A stretch of DNA of 64,000 bases, from positions 17,360,001 through 17,424,000 of the forward strand of contig CAIIXF020000001.1 in the NCBI GenBank assembly GCA_903813345.2. The letters run 5' to 3'. Below, one piece after another: positions 53,537 through 64,000 of the stretch. The DNA is from Owenia fusiformis. Its lineage: Eukaryota. A model generated the notes under the pieces. It ran no database searches. It had not been told where the DNA came from and saw only the letters and a program-made list of their open reading frames with translations. Within the stretch, counting starts at the first letter, position 1, and every line of letters starts with the position of its first letter. A program made the translations under genes and the position numbers.

Positions 53537-56500
53537 TCAATCTAGATATCTGTTTATAATTCTGATCAGATACGGCTTTATAAAGCCCAGAAAGCTAGAT
53601 GTATGTCCCTTCGTGTCTTTGATCTCCACATTGACACATGAATTAGTTGACCCCACATTACTTTTCAAGCAAATTGTAAATTCCACGGGAATTGTACATT
53701 TTCTAGCGCTATCCTTCATTATATATTGCGTGATAAGTTTTTCCAGCTCTAATGAATCATCTATTTGTTTTTCTCGTAATATTTTTTGCCTGACCTTTTT
53801 TCTGTTTTCCCAAACGCCAAAAGAATTAGTACATGTAAGACTGATCTCTTTGGTATTGTCTATACTGTCATTTAAGGTTTTTGAATCTTCTGAATCTTTG
53901 GATTGCTCTTCAGCAATCGTGTCAACCTTCTTTTGCCCACTTTCACTGGTGTTAAACATTGCCTGAAGCAATTCAGTGTTACTGCTTGCTACTTTAATCA
54001 CTGTGGGGCAACTGGGACTGATTTGATCAGAATTCCCAATGTTACCACAGATACCATTTTGATTATTTGCTGCTCTATCACCCGTATTGTTCATATCCGA
54101 CACCTCTGCATCGACTGTGCAACTGTTGTCCAATTTTGATTTCTTTGAATTATTCGAGATATCACTATCAGGTGAAAGTCTCTTTGTTGTCTTATCGCTG
54201 TCACCCTCCTTACACACTGATCCCCCTGCAGGGTTCAACAAAGTGTTAACGTTTGGTCCAAGTTGCCCTTCTTCAAGACCATGTTGAGATTTCACGATGC
54301 AGGTAAATCCCAATACATTTTCCATGACCTTATGAACAAAACGACACACACGCTGACACCAGACATGTTTCCCATTGGGATCTAGCAATAGTGCCTTGGT
54401 GAATTCATTCATAACGTTACACCCTGGTAGGTTGATGGGAAAAGTGGCTGGGTTCAAGCTTAAAGATGACCCAACAACTTGAACTGCCTGTGTGGCCAGG
54501 GGGAGCTGTATAGACATAGCAGTTGTGGCACTGACCCCTCCAGGAGGGAGCTCACCGGACAATAAGTATGTCAGTCCCCAGCTGTCATCTACCTGAGGCT
54601 TGCTAAATATTTCGCTTTGACATTTCCTGTGAGCTACACTCAGTTCTGCAATGATTTTAGTCCTTGTCTTGTCATTGATGGTGGCAGCAATATTGTGGTT
54701 CAATACAAATGGGTCCTGAACACACATTGGCATTACCTGTAATAATGAATAAATCAATTGTAAATCCACAAGGAGGATTGGCAGCCTTTATTCAAATTCG
54801 ATACTCCATTGCCTGCAGTGGAACAATTTAGTAAAAACATTTCTATAAAGTTCTCTTTGGACTAAGTATTTCATTGAAAGATGGATATTACGAATATTTT
54901 GGTCGTTTTCATAGCTTCCTCAGCAGTTCTAGTCTTCATAATATGAGTAATATTGTTATCAAATTGGTCTACTCCAGGCAATGGAGTATCGAGTTTGAAT
55001 AACTGCTTCAAATCCTTGGTAAATCCATCAATTCATGAATTATACACAATTTGTCAAATATGTCAGAGTAGTAAGCATATTTATTTTTTTACCTAAAAAC
55101 TTGTCTTTTTAGATAAGGGAGGTTGGCTTCAAAAATAATTGACATCTGCTTTACTTGGTCACTCTCTGTTTTTGCATTGTCGCTATTTCCATTGCTGTAT
55201 GATATTTGTCTGGTCACTGTATATATTGTTTGTCACTATTAGTCTTTGGTTGCTAATGGCTATTATACTAGTCTAGGATAATTGATATCTTGGTATTGAG
55301 ATCATGGATGTTCATTTCACAGAAATGTTTGAGTTTTTCATATGATGGATACACACCTTAAAATTCTTGAGCTTATCAGGGAGCTTGTCTTTGTCAAAGA
55401 AATCAGCAATTAGCTTCGTCTTCCCAGTAAGAGGGCATATCACGAGAGAATTGAAATCAAAATTGATGTAGAATTCAAACAAGCCAGCCAGAAGTGAGTC
55501 TAAATAAAATAAAATAACAACACAATTTTTAATAAATATATTGTACCACAACTGGTAATGTGTTCATTCATAGATTCAAATAACTTTCATTATCAATAAT
55601 AGTCATTATCTTTCTTGTTCTTTGTATTTTAAAAGAACATTTTTATTATTTACTTGAATCAAGTACAATCCTCAAAAAGCACTTCATGTTATTGAATGAA
55701 ATATCAATTTATTTGATTCCATAAGGCTGAGCTATTGGTATCCTTACCTATTGGCTGCGTACAGGTGACAGGTTCTATGCTAGTTGAAAATCCACATTCC
55801 CAATCATCTATGACACAATGTTCTTCAATACCTAAAGGTCCATGTACATTCATTATCATTTACAAGATTATACAGAAAAATGACAGTTGCTTGTGAAACT
55901 ACATAAGGCATTTACATGCAAAATATCACCACCTGCCATTTGTTACACCAATCACCGAAAACTTAACACTGTCCACAAAAAAGTTGGTGACTACATGCCC
56001 ATGCCCACCACTTATTGTGGTGGCATAAAATACAAAAAATATTAAAATTATCAAACGATTAGTTTATCATTATTGATAAAAACACAGCATCTACTTCTTA
56101 AGAAAATTAATTCTATTGTTGAGTTACATGTATTTTGTTCTGCATATTTGTGGATTTTGTGTATAATTACAATCACATATATCTATCGACTCACCAGCTT
56201 GCTTCTGTAAGGTCTCAACAGTGGGAAGATTGTGCTGTGTCTGTAGATAGAACAGCACTAACATACACAAGGCATAGTTACTAAGCTGGGGACCCATTTT
56301 CTCACTACGTGACAGTTCCTTCAGTTTAAAGTAGTATCTCACTGTGAAGATGAGTACACGCAACAGAGGAAAGATCTTACAGTATTCCTGTAGAAGCTTT
56401 GTATTCTGGAGCCCGATTCTAAAACCACAAAAATATTTTTCCATTTCAACTGATATGTAATTTCACATAGATACAGTTAATATACAGTGGATACAGTATA

Positions 56501-59500
56501 TAATATATACATATAAGAAAATGATTTTATCTCTTTTGACCCTCATTTCATTAAAATCGGTCATTACATGCAGTTCAGCATTTTATTGCATAAACTGTCC
56601 TCGATCTAATTATATTTTTATCTAAATAGTTTCTTTTCAGGGAAAGATTGTGAGAGGTGAATTAAGAATAGTACATATGTAATTCGGTTTCCGAGGCTGG
56701 AATATTGTAATACAAGGCATTAACATGACAAAATGTTACCACCTAGTTGCTCACAATATTATGAGTTCAATCTTAAGTCAGATTCGAATTTCTAAGAACT
56801 TGTACCGGTAGATGATTTTGAAAAAATAAATTGGTCAATTTGAAGCAAGTCGAAAACATACCATTTTGACCCTGAGAAGGTCATCGAAGATGAAATTTCA
56901 AATCTATAGACAGATTTGAACCTTTGAGAACTTGTAGATGATTTTGAAAAAAATTGGTCCATTTGAAGCAAGATGAAAAAGACCTTTGTTGACCTTTTTT
57001 ACCTTGAGAAGGTCAAATCTTGAATATAAGTCAGATTTGAACTTCTGAAAACATGTAGATGATTTTGAAAAAATTGAAGTCATTCTAAACGGTATTTGTT
57101 AAGTTATTGGGAATTGTAAGAATTTATTACAGACGCCGATCGTCAACCAACCTCCAATCGAATTGGGATATTGTCATAAAATAAATCATTAGTATGACTA
57201 GCATGAGGCTAGATTAAGCTGAGTTTTGACTTATCAATATTATAGCACAATTCACACCTATTATTTATTGTGATGTCACATTGTAAACCACTTGGCTCAT
57301 GATCAAACTTCACAACTGGACAGCGAGCATTTGTAACAGTAATAATGTTCTTGCAGCCCTGTGCACACTGTTGTAGAATCCGACTCACAAGTCGTATTAG
57401 GTCACTCTGGGGTAGTCTCTTCAGCTCATCTCTAGATAACAGGCCATTTTTCCCCCTCAGCAGCTTGATGTCTCCAACATATGGCATCTGGCCAGATCTA
57501 GATGTACCTGGCTGAATATATTGTCAAAAGTGTGTAAATTTATTTTTAAATGTTTTGTTAAATATTTAAGGTACAGTTTCTAATAGAAATGTTCCACTTC
57601 TAGAGGTGATCCATTTGACAAGTTTCCCTACACTTAGTATTGATTTCAATACTCGAATTATGGTGAATGATCTCTTTATATTTGGATAAGAAGATGAAGA
57701 TTATCTTTTGAGAATATTTAAAAATTACTCTACACTCAGAATTGGAACACACATTTACTGTATTATCTCACTATGATTATTAAATGGCTCTCAATATCCA
57801 TGTATATGATAAACCTTCTAAGTCAAGTTGATGACTTTAATTTGACTTGACAAACTACTGACTAAAAGAGCTAACACAGTCAATGACTTGGAGCCACTGG
57901 TTTTATTTGCATTCTGAATTTTATTGAACTGTATGGGTACAAACCTGGCTGATGTTTTTGTCGAGGTTCAAGTCAATAAATATATCCATGTCACAACCAA
58001 TCACTCCAAATCCATTCACTGAGGAACCAAACTGATGCACCTCACAGCCTAGAACATGTACAAGTTACAAAATTGCATTCCATTTGTACAGTATAACCTG
58101 TATATCTGAACACCTCTCTAATTTGAACATCTCTTAATGTGAACATATTTTTATTTATTTTTGGTCCCAATTTTGTAATCTCACACTGATTCACATAAAA
58201 GAAACCTTGAAATGTGAACACCTGCTAATCAAAACATTTTGTCAGGTCCACGTGGATTTAAGTGAATTTGAATTAGACAGATTTTAGTGTTGATTAATAA
58301 TATTATAAATAGGAAAACTGGACAAGAGTGCCATTTCAAGTAGAGTGTACTAAGCAAATTCATCTGAAGGGCATTTCTTAAATATATCAAAAATCATCAA
58401 GAATCATATTTCCTGATTTTCAATTTTAAGACGTAACTTACGAAGGCAATGTTCAAAACAAAACTGAATTTCATTTATTTTTTTCAAATGAGGCTTGGTA
58501 TCATGAGAGCAATTACCTGGAAAGAACTCCACAAAGATAGTTTGCAGCATATCACATATGAGACATCGCAGTTGTACATCTCCCTCCGTTAGCTCCAACT
58601 CAGATTTTAAACATTCCATCTGACCAGCAACCTAAAAATACCAAAAGGTATATAGGCAATCTACAAATGCAAATGAATTCTGCATGACATCCTTGCTATA
58701 TGCCTGCTACAATAATGGACAGGGCAGTCCATTTGACACAAATAAGTTGATATAAGCCAGAAACGGGTAATTTAGATAAAAATCTGTTATCTGTAGATGC
58801 GAATACCGAGGATATATAATATAGAGACCCAGGAAATGTTTTGGCATCTTTAGCATGTATAAAGTATATTTTACTTACTATTGCTATAACACTTACATCA
58901 GAACATTTTTGAAGCTTCTCCATTAACAAAGCCTTGCTGCTGGCCTGTGCCGCCTGGATGCTTGGGTCAACAACCGCTGCCTCGCGAGCCTTAGATGTCT
59001 CATTATTTCTTGCCTTGGGGGGATTGAATCTTCTTGGTTTCACTTCAATGGTATATTGACCAATATGGTGGGGTTTCTGTTCTAATGCTTTAGTTGCACT
59101 CTGTTTCTGATGGAATTCAATAATAGCATAGTTCCCCTACAAAACGTTATAACATCTGTTTGAGCACTTTTGAATCATGATAATTTTGTAAATTATAAGT
59201 CCAATCAATCAATACATTATCTTTAAAAACAAAGGCAGGAAGTTAACAAGGAAGTTGTTAATGACCTTGTATAAGTTATTGCCAGTTATTGCCTTATATC
59301 GTTCAAAATATTTGTTGAAAAATAGAGTCTTAAACATTTTGTATCCCACACACCTTCTTATTTTCAATGAAAACTTTATTTACTGGGCCAAATCCAAGGA
59401 AGTAGTTTTTCAGATCAGATTCTTTAGTCTTTTTGTGGAAGCCTCTTACATATAGACTTTTCTCTGCTTGGTCCCTCTGTTTGGCTTGCAGAAGGGCTAA

Positions 59501-62500
59501 TTGAACGTGGCGACGACCTTTAACATGAGTACCCATACAATCATCTGAAAATATATGTATATGAATAATATCTTGCATTCTGAAATTGTGTATTTGATCT
59601 GTAGATTTCAGAAAAATACATGCCAACATCATTATATGCACGGTATTCTTAATTAATCAAAGACTGACTTAGACTGTCACAGTCTAAGATGTCACATTTG
59701 AAGGATTTGCGTGATTGCGCTAATAGGCCAAATTTTTTTTATCAAAACCTCAGGATTCCGGGGAACCATTCGAGGGACAAACACCCTAATTGCGGGAGAG
59801 TTAACAGGGTTACCACCAAAGACTTCATAGGGGGACAGATTTTTTAGACAAAGTGCCTTAAATTTGGGGGATTTCGCGGGACATTTACCTAAATTTGCCG
59901 GATGTCCCAGGACATTCAAGGGATTTGCTTGATTGGGACTTAATGTAAAAGTACTCAAATCAAACTTTCAGATACTGATTAATCAAAAATAATGCACTTA
60001 CATTGTAACTTAAATGAACGTCAACACAATTTCACACAATAGGCATAGGAATATTATTAAACTTTATTGTAATTTATCAAAAACAAAAACCATGCTTCAG
60101 GTGTGAGTACTGTAATCTAACATGAAATTTAAAATTCTGAACAATACTTTGCACTTATGGCGTTCGTAACCTACTATGAAACGCTTACCCTCATAGTGTT
60201 ATATATTAAAATGTACCTATTCATATAGGCATGGGCGTTCAATATTGAAAACCCATGATATCAGGATTCGATTAATCTACATCAAATTATAGGGAGTCAG
60301 GTTACTTTTCAAGATATCAGCGTCCATTTATTGTAAATTGCGTTTGCTAACATTTGCTCAGTTCTGAGATAAAGGCCACACGCTTGGAACTATTTGTGAC
60401 CTACATCCCTATTTTCGTAATTAAAATGAAAGTTGAACTCTTCCTCTTTATTTTGATACCAAACAGAGGCATGCTAGGTACTTAAAATTAGGTAAACTTT
60501 ACTGGAAATTCGCGAAGGTCAAAGCCGACATTTGCGGGACACTCAAATTAGCCTAATTTTGATCAAATTCGCAGGATAATCCCGCCATTCGCGGGACACT
60601 TGACAGCTCTGAACATTTTGATAAAAGTTGCTATACCTACAAATATTACTTTCCTGAAAAAACAAGGTAATACCATGGGCGTAGCGCTATTTTTCCAAGT
60701 AGTACGCCACCACCACAGGAACAAGAGTCAAGAATCAAAAAACAAGCATTTAGGGGGGTCTGGGTGTTCTCCCCCAGGAAAATTTTGAAATTTGGTTGTA
60801 TTTGGAGCGAATTTGCAACCATCTGGTACGCCTGTGTGTACCCAGCGTACCAGGCGCTACACCCATGAATACACACATGCCTTCATTATGAGTAATTATC
60901 TTCATTATTATAAGTATGAAGTTCATGTTTATTTTCATTTTGTACAAGAAAATAACATGGAGAGGTAGATCTATAGCACAGTACTGTCAACCCCTAAAGA
61001 TTTTCTCGCGGGACAGATTTTTTAGACCCAGTGCCCAAAATTCGCGGGATTTTGCGGGACATCTACTAAATTCGCGGGATTTCGCGGGACATTTAAGGGA
61101 TTTGCGTGATTGCGCTGATAAGCCAAATTTTTTTATCAAATTCGCGGGATTTCGCGGGACCATTCGAGGGACAAACACCCTAATTGCGCTATAGTTAACA
61201 GGTTTACCACCAAAAACTTGATAGATGGACAGATTTTTTAGACAAAGTGCCCTAAATTTGCGGGATTTAGCGGGACATTCACCTAAATTTGCAGGATGTC
61301 CCGGGACATTCAAGGATTTGCGTGATTGGGACTAATGTAAAAGCGTGTAAAAGTACTTAAATCAAACTTCCAGATACTGATTAATCAAATACAATGCACC
61401 GTTGCATTGTAACTTCAATAAACGTCAACACAATTTCACAAAATACGTATAGGAATATTATTAAACTTTATTGTAATTTTTCAAAAGCAAAAACCATGCT
61501 TCAGGTGTGAGTACCGTAATCTAACACGAAATTCAAAAATTCGGAACAATACTTTGCACTTCTGGCGTCGTGAACAACTATGAAACGCTTACCCCCATAA
61601 TGTTATATATTAAAATGTACCTATTCATGGCATTTTCTTTCAATTGAAAGCCCATGATATAGGGGTTCGATTTATCTACATCAAATTATAGGGAATGGGG
61701 TTACTTTTCTAGATAGGGTTTGTAAAAAAAAACGGGTACCGGGTAGTAAATCCTCCATGCTGGGTTCAAACTTGGTACCCGGTCGAAAAAACCGGGTACC
61801 CAAAAAACGAAATATACGAATATACAACATAATTAGATCATTAGAAAACGTGTAAGATTTGTTTGAAATTTACAAAAATGTATGTAACTTCCTTCAAAAT
61901 TGAGCTAGAAGCTTCAAATAAAAAGCATTTTAAGGCTCTTTTCGTCCTCTATCATCATATTTCCATTGGTAATGAAAGGGGGAGGGGGGATGCGATCGCA
62001 CCCCCTCCTGGCTACGCCAATGACATTGTAAGACAATTTGAAAAACAAGACAAATCAATCTTACTCTATTTTCAATAGTTTGTTTGTTGGTACGTGAATT
62101 GTTTTGATTATGATTTAAATCTGTAAATAGCTATCGTTGCTTTAGCAGGGAGGTGACGTGTTAATTTACATGATTTTGATTATTAATCATAATTTAAGTT
62201 ATCCCAATTTTCGACAAAATGTCCACTGAATTGTAAATTGTTATGTCTTACAATGTCATAGGCGTAGCCAGGAGATGGTGCGATGGTGCGATCGCACCCC
62301 CCCCCATAACCGATGAAAATATGGCCATGACGATAGAGGAAGAAAAGAGCCTTAAATATACTTTTTATTTGAAGCTTCTAGCTCAATTTTGAAGGATGTT
62401 ACATACATTTTTGTGAATTCAAAACAAATCTTACACGTTTTCTCATAATCTAATTATGTTATATATTCGTATTTTTCGTTTTATGGGTACCCGTTTTTTG

Positions 62501-63074
62501 ACCGGGTTCCGGGTACCAAGTTTGAACCCAGCATGGAGGATTTACTACCCGGTATTTCTACAATGCACCCTTTCTAGATATCAGCGTCCATTTATTGTAA
62601 CTCGCGTTTGCTAACATTTGCTCAGTTCTGAGATGAAGGCCACACGGATAGTAAAAAGCCCAATGTTAGAACTATTTTTGACCTACATCCCTATTTTCGT
62701 AATTAAAATGAAAGTTGAACCCTTCCTCTTTATTTTGATACCAAACAACAGCATGCTAGGTACTTAAAATTAGGTAAATTTTACTCCTCAAAAGTGCAAA
62801 AACTTAGCTTCTTTTATAAGATAAGATAATCACAATATAGGGGATTGCAACAATTTCGGAAATTCGCGGAGGTCAAAAACCACATTTGCGGGACTTCGCG
62901 GGACATTGCGGGACACGCGAATTAGCCTAATTTTGATCAAATTCGCGGGATAATCCCGCCATTTGCGGGACACTTGACAGCTCTGATAGCATTGCAAATT
63001 ATTTGAACAAAAGTCGACAAAATGTATGTACCTGATGGGATCGGGACATTGCAGACGTCACATTTCAATGCCAT
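53537..63074 (-). CDS. TUT1: U6 snRNA terminal uridylyltransferase / speckle-targeted poly(A) polymerase (Star-PAP), 10 exons, ~865 aa
   Basis: Exons (- strand): 63074-63032, 59544-59354, 59136-58897, 58631-58517, 58048-57945, 57511-57258, 56418-56195, 55831-55748, 55499-55357, 54736-53537; total 2598 nt in frame. N-terminal C2H2 finger CDVC..x12..HVKGRRH; RRM ([15 protein letters not shown]); nucleotidyltransferase [18 protein letters not shown] and CDITINN; PAP-associated region ([18 protein letters not shown]); C-terminal [11 protein letters not shown]1-like segment. The domain order ZF-RRM-NTase-PAP_assoc-KA1 is that of TUT1. Confidence 0.92.
54769..55018. mobile_element. MITE with ~55-bp TIRs and 9-bp TSD (Mutator-like TSD length) in the last TUT1 intron
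   Basis: gtaaatcca|caagga...ttattcaaattcgatactccattgcctg ... caggcaatggagtatcgagtttgaataa...tccttg|gtaaatcca. Confidence 0.8.
56775..57080. repeat. Degenerate ~120-126-bp tandem repeat (~2.5 copies), possibly the core of a decayed minus-strand HINE
   Basis: gtagatgattttgaaaaa at 56808, 56934, 57055 with shared flanking cagatt(c/t)gaa and gagaaggtca. Confidence 0.6.
59694..60611. mobile_element. 5'-truncated copy of a hAT-like non-autonomous element
   Basis: Colinear with 61090-61715 plus 62581-62985; ends ttgacagctctg. Confidence 0.8.
60674..60867. mobile_element. Small hAT-like MITE with 5-bp TSD
   Basis: aatac|catgggcgtagcgc ... gcgctacacccatg|aatac. Confidence 0.82.
60979..62985. mobile_element. 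Full-length hAT-like non-autonomous element with GCGGGA subterminal repeats and 6-bp TSD
   Basis: atagca|cagtactgtcaa ... ttgacagctctg|atagca; many (tc/tt)gcggga(c/t) motifs near both ends. Confidence 0.8.
61716..62570. mobile_element. Foldback (MULE-like) element with ~320-bp TIRs nested in the hAT-like element
   Basis: 61716-62036 is the inverse of 62244-62570; TTTCTAGATA duplicated at 61706-61715 and 62571-62580; the sister copy has the empty site ttacttttcaagatatcagcg at ~60302. Confidence 0.88.
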
Positions 63075-63291
63075 GGCTGAAGAAATGCCCCGAAATATTC
63101 AAAATATCTGCATATACATTTTAATTTCAAAATTTCATTTTGAACCGGAAACAGGTACGTTTCGTGACAAACCACAAATAGATTAATCGGTATACAAAGA
63201 TTTCCACATGAACGATGAACAAACTTCGAAAATTTTGGGCGGTTCGAAATATGACCAATCAAAATTCACCTGGAAACAAAATGGCAGCGCC
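63075..63291. promoter_or_regulatory. Compact bidirectional promoter between TUT1 and the + strand gene
   Basis: 206 nt between the opposing ATGs; CCAAT box at 63255-63259; YY1-like AAAATGGCAGC over the + strand start. Confidence 0.6.
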
Positions 63292-63461
63292 CTGGGTCTG
63301 GCATGCAAATTTAGATTTTTTACGTTTATTTAGACAATGTTGGAGAGTGCAGCGTTGCGTCTCACATGGAATGGTTGCAGAATTATCAAACAGTGGCAGG
63401 TTGCTTCATGCGAGCTCATCCCTTAGGAAATCTGGCCACAAGTCTTCTAATATAACAAAAG
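63281..63461 (+). CDS. First coding exon of a divergently transcribed gene, probably a mitochondrial protein (3'-partial)
   Basis: caaaATGgcagcg start context; MAAPWVWHANLDFLRLFRQCWRVQRCVSHG...GRLLHASSSLRK is Arg/Ser/Leu-rich and acid-poor with an R-x-L-H-x-S cleavage-like motif; G|gtgaat donor; rest of the gene lies outside the window. Confidence 0.65.
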
Positions 63462-64000
63462 GTGAATAAATCAATTTAGTTTTTCTTTGACTTTTGAGGA
63501 TTTTTGCAGGCTTGTCAGGGGCCTCGTTTCTTATCCCCATGACTAGGTCTAACCATGGGCTTTCAATTAGAGTTGAAAGATGAAAGCTCATGGTCTACAG
63601 GTGCTCCCATGGTAATGATTTACTTACTTACAGGGAAGCCTGACACTCTTATTACCCAGTGAGCACCTGTGGTCTAACCTCCATAATCATTTTGATTTTG
63701 ACAATTTGTTTTAATAGTTCCGCAGGTTTCGACATGCGGAACTAATTAACCCTGATTTCATGTAAATACATGATCATGTAGCTTATAAATAATGTGATCC
63801 AAACCAGCATACATATCTCATGAATCAATACACACCATCCCATATCCTCATGTGACCATATTTATGTATAATTACATATTGGAGACTGCTTTGGAACCAA
63901 CAGAAAATGCCTGTCAGTTTCTGTCAACATCAAAATTGCAAATCGTATCAGAAAACAACAACGAACTAACAAACAGTAGGTTTACAATAAATAACTACTT

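Noticed and set aside
55995-56030. Minus-strand HINE-like left end (ttttatgccaccacaataagtggtgggcat)
   Set aside because: I found no microsatellite or convincing right end
59692-61313. ORFs 59692-59958, 60916-61194 and 60987-61313 with repeated CPAKSR or SRDFAGH peptides
   Set aside because: They are translations of the GCGGGA subterminal repeats of the non-autonomous element, not genes

Overview
AT-rich animal genomic DNA with spliceosomal introns, probably a marine invertebrate such as a lophotrochozoan (inferred from the repeat types only). About 50 kb of the + strand (146-50467) is the 3' part of one giant gene that starts upstream of the window. I traced 101 phase-consistent exons by hand, totalling 18,473 nt (~6,150 aa). 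They encode a type-I membrane protein: ~53 tandem, highly diverged ~110-aa alpha/beta repeats (SEA/ferredoxin-like by pattern), two 237-nt PAN/apple exons inserted inside repeats, two furin-type sites, a basic-to-acidic switch near the membrane, a Thr/Pro stalk, one TM helix and a ~80-aa cytoplasmic tail. Facing it on the - strand is a complete 10-exon TUT1/Star-PAP gene (63074-53537, ~865 aa). TUT1 is head-to-head with the first exon of a probable mitochondrial-protein gene (ATG 63281). The introns hold many DNA-transposon derivatives: a deleted mariner, a DD41D rosa-type element, Helentron-associated HINE/DINE-1-like elements with satellite arrays, hAT-like, MULE-like and Transib-like MITEs, and nested insertions. 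All of this was read by eye with no database searches, so family assignments are pattern-based.
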